This document shows, piece by piece, positions 19,174 through 30,269 of a stretch of DNA of 64,000 bases (positions within the stretch are counted from its first letter, which is position 1; each line of letters starts with the position of its first letter). The position numbers and the translations under genes were made by a program. The notes beneath the pieces were generated by a model, which saw only the letters and a program-made list of their open reading frames with translations, ran no database searches and was not told where the DNA came from. This DNA is from Chlorokybus atmophyticus (lineage: Eukaryota; Plantae; Mesostigma and Chlorokybus algae). Location: NCBI GenBank assembly GCA_009103225.1, contig RHPI01002069.1, positions 2,194,846 to 2,258,845 on the forward strand, written 5' to 3'.

Positions 19174-22100
19174 CACGCGGCTCATCTCAGTAGGAAAGGA
19201 GGCTGCTGCTGGGGTTGAGATGGAGCCTCTTTCCAATGTTGTCAGTTCAGAGCCTTTCGTGGATGCGTTGGTGACTGTTGGCGGCATGTATACGTGCGCG
19301 ACGGCGACGCGGAACGGTGTGGTTTGTGTGCTTGATGAGGCGAGGCAGCTGCTGATCGTCACGGTCATGATTCGCGAGGGTGATGGGCCTTAAGTGGAGT
19401 ACAAATTGCTAGTGGAGCGGCACGAACAGCAACTTCATGAATCGGGAGGTTGCGCGTCGACACAAGTGGCTCTCGTGGGCGAATGCCGGCTCCGTGACTC
19501 TCGCGGACGGTCGTGCGCCAACCGGAGCTGCGAAGCTGAGCAAAGAGCTTGAAGTCCACGTGGGGATGAAAGGATAGCCTACGCTTTTGCTGCCTCGAGC
19601 TCGGCAACGGCTTTGATGGCATTTTGGGGCTACCTTGGCTTTGGACACATAACCCCGCCATTAATTGGAGGAAGCGCCTAATTGCTGCCCCAGAAGGTGG
19701 TGGTATGGCTATGACTTGCTTGGGTGCTTCTTCTCGTGGTGAGTGTTTAGTTCAAGAGCGTGTGAGCTGCGTCGCAGCTGCCAGCAATGCATCGCATGGC
19801 GTGAAGGCGTGCCAGCAAGATGCAGAACAACATGCTTCTAGCTTGGGGGGGGAGGCTTCGGAGCTGGTGTCACAAGTTTCTGAGGCTGAGATGGAGCAGA
19901 TCTGGTCCGGGAACAACGTGAAGGATGCATGGTTGTGTATGGTGTGTGACACACCGTCCAAGTCAGATGCGAAGCTGGTCGGCACTGGTGTGGAGGGTTC
20001 GGGGGACCCTGAGGTGCAGAAGTTGCTTGAGGAGTGCAAAGACATCATGGTGGACGGGTTATCATCTGGTTTGCCACCCGCGCGCAGCGTTGATCACCAT
20101 GTGGAGCTCGTTGAGGGCGTGCACAAGCCGCCGTACAGACCGGTGTACAAGTTGTCTCCGGCTGAGTTGGAGGAGGCGGAGAGACAAGTTGAGGACCTTC
20201 TGCAACGTGGATACATCAGGCCTAGCAAGTCTCCGTATGGTGCACCTATCTTGTTTGTGCGCAACAAGAACGGAGCCTTGCGCATGTGCGTTGATTACCG
20301 GCCGCTCAACAACATCATGAAGAAGAAAGTCTGTCCTTTGCCTCGCATCAATGAGTTGTTGGAGCAGCTAGAAGGTGCTGAGTTCTTCACAAGCTTGGAC
20401 CTAGCTGGCGGCTACCATCAGACCGCGTAGCACCCGAGGACATTGAGAAAAAGGCATTCAACACTCGCTATGGCCATTACGAGAGGTTGGTGATGTCGTT
20501 TGAGATGACCGACGCTCCGGCAACGTTTCATACCTTGACGAATGGTGTCTTTGCTGATCCGATTGGCAAGGGTGTCTTCGTGTATCTCGATGACATTCTC
20601 GTGTATGCCAAGAGCAAGAGCGAGCACATGGCATTGCTACGTGAGGTAATGCAGCGTCTAAGTGCAAACATGTTGTTCGCTCAGCTCAACAAGTGCCGTT
20701 TTTTGCTGCAAGAGGTAGAGTATCTCGGCCATCTTGTCTCCAAGCAAGGGATCAAGGCGGACCCCAACAGAATTGCGGCAGTGCGCGATTGGATTGCCCC
20801 GAAGAATGCGAAGAATGTCATGTTGTTCCTAAGGCTGGCTGGCTATTATCGCAAGTTTGTGAGAGGCTTCTCGCACTTGGCATCACCATTGACGGCATTG
20901 TTGAAGAAGGCGAGCTAGAGCTGGTTTGAGGCTGAAATGAAGGCGTCTTCTGACTTAAAAGCGGCCTTAACATCAGCACCCGTTCTGGTGCATCCCAACA
21001 TGCAATTGCCCTTCGTGGTGGCATGCGATGCTTCCGATAAGGCCGTTGGAGCTGTGTTGCAGCAAGATCACGGCAACGGCTTGCAACCGGTGGCATTTTT
21101 AGCAAGAAGTTGAGCCGAGCTCAACTACCCCGTTTATGAGAAGGAATTGCTGGCGCAGGTGTTGGCGCTACGGCAATGGCGTTGTTTTCTTGAGGGCAAG
21201 CGCTTCATGCTTGAAACGGATCACTCGCCATGGAAGTTCCTTCAAACGCAGCGTCATCTCTCGCAGCGGCAAGCTCGTTGGCTCGAGTTCTTTCAACTCC
21301 TCGACTTCGAAGTCAAGTACAAGCCCGGCTATTCGTTATAACAAGGTTGCGGACGCGTTGAGTCGGTACCCCAATGCAATTGAAACGGTTGTTCAAGTGC
21401 AGACCAAGTGGTTGAAGCAGATCCAAGCCTTGTTGCAGGAGGACGCCGTCGGTATGAAGGCTATCAAAGCGCTCGAGAACGGAACTGATTATGGTGGCCT
21501 TTAGGCATTGAAGGACGGGCTGCTATGGCACGAAGATCGCATGTACATACCCAACATTGCGTACCTGCGCGTGGGATTGATGAAGCTAGCACACGACGCG
21601 CCAATGGCTTGTCATCAAGGGCTGGAGCGGACGCTAGCCTTGTTGAAGCAGTGATTTTTTTGGTCGGAGATGCATCGTGATGTTAAGGACTATGTGGCAT
21701 TGTGCGACACTTGTCAAGGGTGAAGGGGAGCAACCAACGAGTTAGCGAGCTGCTCCAACCATTACCGATACCTCTGACCAAGTGGGAGCAAGTTACTCTC
21801 GACTTCATCACGGGGCTGCCACGAACACGCAAAGGACATGATGCTATCTTGGTGTTTGTGGACAAGACCAGCAAAATGGTGCGGTTTGCGCCATGTACGG
21901 AGACTTGCACGGCTCCGGAGGCTGCCAAGTTGTTCATCAAGCATGTGGTGCGCTCTTATGGCCTCCTAAGAAGCATTGTGAGAGATAGGGACCCGCGGTT
22001 CACGGGAAACTTCTGGAAGGCTCTTCATTCAGCTTTGGGCACGACCTTGAAGTTCAGCACCGCATACCACCCCGAGACGGACGGCCAAACGGAACGCACC

Positions 22101-22874
22101 AACCGTGTGGTCAAGGACAAGCTACGGTGCTATGTGAACAGCCGACAAGACAATTGGGGAGACATGCTGGAGCTGATTAATTTCACCATCAACGACCACA
22201 AGAGTGCAAGCACGGGCGTGACACCTTTTCTCAAGAACTATGGGCAACATCCATTGACGCCGTTGACGGCATGGGCGCCCAGCTTGCAATGTTCAAATGT
22301 GGAGGCCGTGGATAGCTTGCTCAAGAGGTGTGCGGACATTAGCAAGGCAGCTTGTGAGGCTCTGATTGTGGCACAAAACAGGCAAAGCAATATGCCGATG
22401 CGCATCGCAAGCATGTTGTCTTTTTGAAGGGTGATCGCGTAATGCTCTCTACCAAGCATGTGCAGCTGGTCACGAGTGTGCGCAAGCTGAGTGAGCGATG
22501 TTTGGGACCTTTACAAAGTGATCAAGGTCATCTCGGAGGTAGCCTACAAGCTAGAGCTGCCCGATACCATGAGCGTGCACCCGTTTTTTATGTCTCGCTC
22601 CTTAAAGCTTACATGGGGGAGCCGCCACCTCGTCCGCCTCCGCATCTAGTTCGTGAGGGCCAAGCGGAGTGGGAGGTAGAGGCAATCATCAAGGACAAGC
22701 TGGTGGGAGGTGTACGCAAGTACTTGGTGAAGTGGCGCGGCTATCCAAGGCACGAGGCGACGTACAAACCCAAGCAGAGCTTCACAAATGCCAAACAGAT
22801 TTTGCAGGAGTACAAGGCCAGAGGAGGCAGGCTCGTCAGCTTCAAAGGCAAAGCTCCCCCTTAGGGGGAAGGTG

Positions 22875-23551
22875 TGTAACAGCTTGGACCTTTTTCCATA
22901 ATTTACTACATGTACAATATGTGTTTTGCCTTTCTCTGGCTTTATTCGCGCTTTATGAAGGGCTTTTACAAGCTGTAAAGGCAGTGCTCTGCTGCCGCGC
23001 GCGACTTCGCCTGTGACGTGACCTACTGAGGCAGTGGTGACGCAGCTGACTAGATTGCACGGTACATGCCATGTGACGCGGACTGCATAGTCAGCTACCG
23101 CTGCGCAGTACCTTGTGACGCGGACTGCCCAGTCAGCTGCCGCGTGAAATGTACTCCGACGCGCGGGGTAGCAGTCTGCACTTATACGGGTCCTTTGGAT
23201 TTGGTAAATCATAGACAAAACGCCCGGTTATCAAGCTGCTTGGTTGATGTGCTTGTACAAATGGAAACGCTGTGTAATACAACCAACTCTTGCTTTCAGC
23301 TCTCTGCTGTGAGTATGCTGGTGTATGCTTAAGAGAGGCGTGATCCAAGGCACACTGCTGCGTTCTTGCTTGACATGGGAAGTAGTAGTGTTCGTGTGCG
23401 TGCGCTTAACGCGTGCGTGCGTGCGCGGGAGAAGGCAAGGTTCCGGTGTGAAGACTGTGCTCAGCTACACACACATGTGTTGTATGACTTGTGTGCTGTG
23501 TATGTGAGCACGAGCATCGTTACAACACTTAAGCCTCATAGTTCCATGACA
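22875..23551 (+). repeat. 3' LTR of family 2
   Basis: Follows the chromodomain ORF and PPT; homologous to 18484-19173. Confidence 0.9.
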
Positions 23552-23579
23552 CAGGAGGGTAGTCACAGCGCATATCCAT

Positions 23580-24239
23580 TGTGACGATCCTCGTGCCTTG
23601 TCACCTGTGATTTGGTCCAATCAACAACCCTCTCACCAAGGCACGGTATTCACACCGGAACCTTGCCCCCTCTGCCAAGCACACACGCGCGCCCCGCCAC
23701 TCGCGTACGCACGCGCATGCGCTTGAAGCTACACACCGACTTGTGTGTAGCGCCTTGGATCGTCACACAAGCAAGCACACACTAGTGGACACATGCTAGC
23801 AACCTCTGCTAACCACCACCAAGCTTGCACACCAGACACTAGGGAGCTAAAGGTTGTACTGCAAATTGTAGAATGTCACTTTTATACCTACCAGTCTGCA
23901 CATGCTACTGTCTAGACGAAACTACAAGCTAATAATTCTTGCAAAATCTTGTAGTACACTTCTAGACCTTTCCGACGCATCAAAGATCTCCTCATTTGCT
24001 GCTCATATGGTCAGTTAAGTTATACTACTTGGCACCAGGCCCTTCCAAAAATCTGGTCGAGCCCTTCTCGACTGGCCCTCCGTTGTCTGGCGTCTTCCAG
24101 ACTGGCCCTGGGCCGGTCGATATCTGCGGCAGACTCGCAACTCGCTGATATCCGCCATAAGTTATAAAAAACATGATACCTCACAAATAAGGCCTAAAAA
24201 TGGCCATGAAAAACTCGGAATTTGGCCTTGACTGTTACA
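23580..24239 (-). mobile_element. Solo LTR of family 1 with TSD
   Basis: 660-bp homologue of 11313-11984, flanked by TCCAT at 23575-23579 and 24240-24244. Confidence 0.95.
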
Positions 24240-24925
24240 TCCATTGTTTCAAGCATGAGACACCCTATGCACTCCGCCATTGCGGGAGGAACTGCATTCG
24301 CTATGGTAACGGCAGAGGTCACCCATGGCACTCCCAACGCTATTTGCCATGCAACAATGCCGCCCCTGGTGCTTAGAAGGCCATAGACCGCGTATAGTTG
24401 CTGTAGCGCGTTTGATGTCACGATTGTCTTTTTCACGCCAGCGATTAGGTGCGGCGATAGCAATCCAACCGCCTTGCATGCGCGCGAGCAGCGTGCTGGT
24501 GGGGTAGCTACCACTAGCGAAACAGACGGTGTCGGAAGATTGACAGGCCAAACATCGTGCCATAAAAAAACAGATTGGGTCTGAATGAGGAAGCTGCTGT
24601 TGGCACATTTTTCAATGACAAACTTGACCTGGCTTGCAAGCAGCAGATGTCGGAAGAGCGGTAGCATATCCTGGTGACTTTAGGATGTGCCATGTGCCGC
24701 CCGTTGAGGTGCCGGGAAACGCCTGAATAGGCCTGGCATGGTGGACTGGCCCATATGCTCGTACTCGCTCAGCTCTCCTGCACTCAGGGTGCATACATCG
24801 CGGTGTATGAAGGGCAGCGTGTACTCAAAGAAGGAACTTATGTCCATCCCGGTCACGTCAAAGCCTGCGTGATATAGACTGACACTGGCACCGCCACCGC
24901 CGCAGAATAGGTTAAGTGCCTTTGG
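24240..24925 (-). pseudogene. C5 DNA cytosine methyltransferase of the compact phage/bacterial type, frameshifted
   Basis: Motif I KALNLFCGGGGAS...AGFDVTGMDI (24838-24920); motif IV IWASPPCQAYS (~24725-24756, shifted frame); motif VI FVIE(K)NVP; then GTMFGLSIFRHRLF and YAVYG...WQIALGVPW...ANAVPPAMAECIG. At least three frameshifts and several stops. Confidence 0.87.
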
Positions 24926-25020
24926 TCCACGTGTGCGTCCAAGCTTGTTGTTAAATGGCGTGTATGTAGTCAAGGCTGGCCGTGGTGCTGCCCAGGGATC
25001 AACAATGATGCCGTCCGGGC

Positions 25021-25374
25021 TTACTTTGCTACTAACAATCTCCCCTCCGGCGCGCAGAACATGGCGTGCCCCGTCAGTCGATGTGTACACGAATACGTTG
25101 TGCCCTTTGAAGTTGATGGTCGATCACAGTCATTGATTACAATACGGTGCTGCCCTGCAAAGCCATTTTTCATTGCACCATGCATATATGGTGCGTCCTC
25201 AATCTCGCACGCCACGGAGCGATGCTGACTTAACGCTTGCTTCAATGCTTCCACAACGCCCGCATACCATTCCCCATCCAGCGGCCAATGCACCATGACA
25301 CTCACACCGATCAGCTGCTCGCATCTCAACTTCATTGCGTTCCGCAGCTTCCGCAGATGCAGTGCGCTGTCCAA
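25021..25374 (-). pseudogene. Tudor/Agenet-like domain directly upstream of, and probably once fused to, the methyltransferase
   Basis: LIGVSVMVHWPLDGEWYAGVV...GQHRIVINDCD resembles Tudor consensus IG..V.V.WP.D..WY.G.V...H.V.YDDGD. One frameshift joins it to FKGHNVFVYTSTDG..., which runs into methyltransferase motif I. Confidence 0.55.
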
Positions 25375-25569
25375 CGGTTGATGGTCTGCCTCCTTTATAG
25401 CGGCTTTAGGGTGGAACTGCCCACGCCCACACTGTGGAAGACCGCTTTGAATGCGACAAGAGCTTTAATATGCATGAAATAAATAATAAGCATACGCCCA
25501 ACATAACATGCAGTGATACGTCGCTGTCCACTCTGCCAAATTACCTCCACAGCATCCACCACCTGTCTA

Positions 25570-25978
25570 CTAACCACATGTCCCGGTGTCTACCGTGTGA
25601 AAAGCGCATGGGTTCCCCTCGCTAATTGAAGCATGAGCGCGAGCACGATTCGCACACGCACTGCACGCAATGGAAAAACTCGGGTTTCTTGCACAGCACT
25701 TTACCAAGGCGGCAGCCAAACACGTCGACATTGTGTGTGGTGTGATGCCAGCAAGCAGCACTAAAACCGTGGCACACTGTCTGCTCTCGCTGGCATTCGG
25801 TCAAGTGTGCTCGCATTTGCTGCCTACGGCCATTGGCACATACATACGCATTGCATTGTGGGCACATCAAGCATGGTCTGTTAGGTGAGGGGAATTCAAC
25901 TGCTGCCGCCGACATCATGCAAAATATGAATCGGCACGGCTGCCCACAAACTGAGCGAGACTTTGGTATGGGCATCAA
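25570..25978 (-). pseudogene. Cys/His-rich putative zinc-binding segment
   Basis: CLMCPQCNAYVC...H..C...C..F..CWHH...C..C...FHCVQCVCESC: dense Cys/His spacing. The exact finger type is not assigned. Confidence 0.45.
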
Positions 25979-26619
25979 ATATAGGCTGCTAGCTTACGAA
26001 CCTTATATGAGTCACACTTTAAAAAGCACGACTATACCATGCATGGTATCACAGTACCATGCATGGTACTACATCAACATGAATGGTACTCCATCCATTA
26101 ATGGTACTACAGTACAAGGATACTCGCATGCTACTACAATTGTAGAAAAATACTGTGCTGTCATTCCATGGAACCCGAAGCGCTGTCCGAGTTTGTTGCT
26201 GTCAACCATGCTCTGAATCTGCAAGGTATGCAAGCCATGCATTCACTATGAGTCAGGCGCCGGGCAATCATCATACACATGTACGGCCAATGCTTCTGAT
26301 AACAGCAGATCTCGGGTGCACCATGCACCATGCTGCAACCATATATGTACCTACATGGTTCGGGTGGTGTTCAAGGTGTTCAACACAAAACTACAGCACA
26401 TGCACAATTGTCATCAAGGCGGGGGCCAAATTACCGCCGACACATTGGCGTTGTTTAGCAGGCGTCGCGACCAAAACGGGTGAGGTTGCTTGCAGAAGGG
26501 ACACGCTTGTAGATTTTTTGATTTATTTGCCACGCACTTTTTATGTGCTATGATGCAGACATGGCACATCGCTTTCTTGCAACATGGCGTCTCCCCATCC
26601 GCTGGGAGGGGTGGCTAAT

Positions 26620-27425
26620 CTATGCGACATGCAACAAATTAGCACGCATGGTGCACGCGGGTGTGCAAGCTGCCATCAAACTCCGTTGTCGCGTTGCAAG
26701 CGCAGCGTCTCTATATCTGAATGGCGCAGCATAAAGCTCCACTGCTTGCTCGACCACCTGACGCCCATCTGTCGTTACACACCACCTGCTGGTCTTGGTG
26801 GTCTCGTCCAGCATGCGTTCATCCAGGCCCTCGACATGGCTGTCGTCACTCGTGTAATCGACCGCATCTCCATCTTTTTCAAGCTTCCACAGATTTAACT
26901 CGATGTGCCGTATGACATACAGCCACTGCCAGCCAAAGCATGCCAAGTACAGCTCGAATGGTTTACTTGCCACCGAGTATGTTTGCTCAGGTAGTGGCAC
27001 ACATCTCGACCCGCATCAGTCGACATCAGCAGGTACATCTGTTGCAGCAGGTCAAAGTTCTGCTCCACGGATAGCTCTTGCACATTGCCGGGTTGCTGCG
27101 GCAGCATCAACATCATCATATCGAGGACGGCGAGGGGCAACAACGTACTACGGATGGTCATGTCGTGTTTGGGTTCCAACCACGGCCAATCTCCAGAGGT
27201 CTGTGTAGACCGCACTCTCCGCACTTCCTCCCACTTATTGCATACTTTCATCACCCACTTCAAGGCATGCCGCATGCGATGATGCAGCGCGTTTTGGTCG
27301 TATTGTAGGGCGATCAACTCCATTGCACTACGAGTCAGCCCCTCAAAGCGTCTGCGCGTCGGTGCTTTCAGCTTAAGCAACTCGTGCCGCACCGGCTGTC
27401 TCTTTTGGCAATGCTGAGCAGCCAC
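26620..27425 (-). pseudogene. Unknown ORF in two overlapping frames (one frameshift near 26960)
   Basis: The 176-aa and 126-aa ORFs overlap and read as one globular-looking protein (WPWLEPKHDM...GRDVCHYLSKH...PFELYLACFGWQW...). No family recognised. Confidence 0.4.
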
Positions 27426-27585
27426 ATGACGCTGTAAACCCGCCTATGCCTACTCAGGACACACAGTCAGCCCCAGTGAGGCTTCAAGGCGATGTGCTTC
27501 TTCAAACTACATTGTAACGATGCCTCACCTTTGAGTCATGTCAGCGTCCCTTGACTAAACAACCCTCTTTTTTTTGGGGGGGGGG

Positions 27586-30269
27586 TCATCCTGCACATTC
27601 TGGTAGGCGCTCCGTGGCACTGTTACTCAGAGAAGGTAAGGCGTTATCTTCTTGCTCCACAACCTGTGCTTGTTGGTTGCCTACCGTTGCTTTAGATGGG
27701 AGGCAACTAACAAGCACAGGCTCTACGACCTCATATTGCTTCATGAGGTCGAGCATGAAGCCTTTATCTTTCAGCACAGCTTTCAGGACACCTCGATCAA
27801 TCTCTGTACCAACAAGATAGGCTAGGATTAATGTGGCAAGCTTAGAGGGAGAGGGCGAGCTACCGCTGCTTCTTAATGGAGATGCCTCCGGATGGTCAGA
27901 GTGCGGTGGCAAGTGATTCTCCGCAGCAAGAAGGGAGGGTGCTGAGTTGTTATTGCGAGCATGTGGGTGTGGTTGAGGGGAGGCAGGATGTGCAGAGCAG
28001 TCGGCTACTTCTTGCCTAGCACACGAAGGCGAGGCCTGAGGCGTTGGCGCAGCACCCTGGGTCGCAGCCGGTGGTAGCGGGGAATTGGCAGCGCCATTCC
28101 GCCACTCTCCGATCAAGTCTACTACCTCTGGTGGCACTTTATGCATAGGCCACGACTATTGTTTGGTGCTTGCAGGCTTGAGGAGCCGAAAGTGTGCTTT
28201 TGGCTCATTAGGAGCATGTTTGCCCACCACCAGGACTGAGTCAAGGGCTTTTTATGCCCAACCCAAACTGCGCTGCTGGGCCGTGGCACCCACTGCCCAT
28301 GCTCGTGCTGAGCGGTCACGCAGCTAATCAGCAAGCCCAGCTTGTTGGCAAACATGGTCATCTACAGGTGCTCCACGTACATATCTTTTCTCCACACGAT
28401 TTGTCGCACCTTAGCCTGGCTATGTCAATGTTACAATTGACATCAGCCAACATGGTCGCAGGTAGTTTGTTGTAATACTGCGCAATCTCTCCCGCGGCAC
28501 CAGTGGCTCTGCAGAAGTCTAGGATTTTGCTCGCCACGCCCAAATCGACAGCATTTGCGGTGTTTGATGGAGAGTGTCCCCCCTGCCGTCGTCGTCCATG
28601 GTGTCCAGCATGGCTGAAATTCCGGTCGAGCTGGGCACTTATGATCATCCAGGGCACTTTGCGCTATGGATGGCCTGGCGCGAAACATCCAATGGTGGAA
28701 GCAATTACCATCCCTTGGCGCATTGAAGTGGTCCCATGAGGCCAGCTGGCCACCTAACATGAGTAATGGCTATACGCAAGTTCGCGGCCAGCTTCTTCAA
28801 TGCCTCACTGGCAGGTAATGACCCCTGCTGCATGCGCATACAGCACTCAAATGGTGTGTCCAACTGTCGACGGCAAGAGTCACAGCGACTGATAAAGTAC
28901 TTGAACTTGAGGCAAATTGCCGGCTTCAACTTGCAGCGGGTGGGGTAGGGTAGGTGCAGAAGCCGCATCGGTTGTTGCATTGTGCTGTAGTCTCGCCGGT
29001 TGCGGCAAGAAGAATTGTTGCCCCGCAATCACCGGTGCTGCTCGTGGAGGAGACGGCAGTGCATGAAGGACTGGTGCCGCGGAAGGTGGATGCACTCTGG
29101 TTGCGAGGGGAGCTGGTGCGGCAGGTGAGACCACTTCTGCATGCAGCAAGGGGGGCTATATATAGAACCGGATAGGATAAGATGGCTCACAATGTTGCAA
29201 ATGACGAATATAAGCATATGCATGTGCCTGACGCATTGTTACCAAGGCACAAGCATAAATGACAGCGACTTACCTCAATGGCCCGTGGGCTGCATGGAGC
29301 AGGGGAAGCCATGGAGGCTAGCAAGGTGGTATTGGGTGCACTCTCCCCACCACCCTCAATCGCAGACTCGTCACGGAGCTCGTGAGCCATGGGCACAAGA
29401 GGCGCCACTGCCCCAATGGACATGTCGCGATTCAACAGGCCACCATACATGTAAATCTGATGCCGTCGCGCCCATTAGCAAGTGGGATTTAAGGACCAAT
29501 GAATGGGAATGAATCCAGGCTTAGGAGCTCCATCAGGATTTAGAGCACTGTGGTGCTGTCAACCAATTATTTGTGGGTTAACTGTATGCTCGCGACACTG
29601 CAATTGCAATAGTCAACTGCGTCACACCATCATCAGCTGGTTGCTTCGAACAGTCACCTGCGGCATTGCTGGTTGATGCACAAATGATTGCATGGACTGC
29701 GCCATTGCTGGTTGATGCACTACTGGTTGAATGCCGGACAAATGGCCACGCGATCCTGTGCTCAAACCCAACCCCTACTTCGTTCGGCACACGCGCGACT
29801 TCGCACGGTCACGCACATCATAGCATGCAAAGGTAGGCATGCATTGGAGGTGCATGCAGTCAACATGCACAGTGAGATTGGCAACAACATACCGTCGTCC
29901 AGCTCTGTCTATCTGCTCTGGCTTCCGCAATGTCGGCTTGACTGTGGGGTGGGTATGGGTGAATAGTGGAGGTCTGCAGCCACGCTACATGTATCACATG
30001 GACAGTGCCAAAAAGGAATTGCTCTTGCAAAGAAATGCATATAAATGTTGATCATACCTCTGCATTCCTTTGTGCTTGTTCCCACAGTCGCAATTGGTCC
30101 CGCGTGGTTCTGACAAGGGGCTCCATGGACTGCAGCTCCTGATCCACTCCTTGCAGAAAGCGAGCCACCAAGCAGCTCTTTGTGTGAGGATGGTCCTTGA
30201 TGGCTTGCCTGCTGGTTTGTCCAAAGTTTGTGATGCATGTTGGACAGCCCCATTACTAACACCTGCCAT
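27586..30269 (-). pseudogene. Probable decayed tyrosine recombinase
   Basis: Composite across frames: RD.VIASTIGCFA.RPSIAQSALDD (~28650-28715, box I spacing RD-x12-R); KPLTQSWW...PQACKHQTIVVAY/MHKVPPEVVDLIGEWR (~28100-28260, box II-like); N-terminal AAWWLAFCKEW...HLYAFL (~30030-30200). The HxxR motif is degenerate and the catalytic Tyr is not seen. Confidence 0.5.

Larger units (their letters stand above)
18484..23551 (+). mobile_element. Decayed chromovirus LTR retrotransposon (family 2), lacking gag and PBS
   Basis: LTRs at 18484-19173 and 22875-23551 (TGTA(G/A)CAGCTTGGACC...CCATGACA); PPT AGGGGGAAGG before the 3' LTR. Broken pol fragments: protease, RT VYLDDILV, RNase H, integrase VTLDFITG, chromodomain WEVEAII...YLVKWRGY. 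No TSD. Confidence 0.93.
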
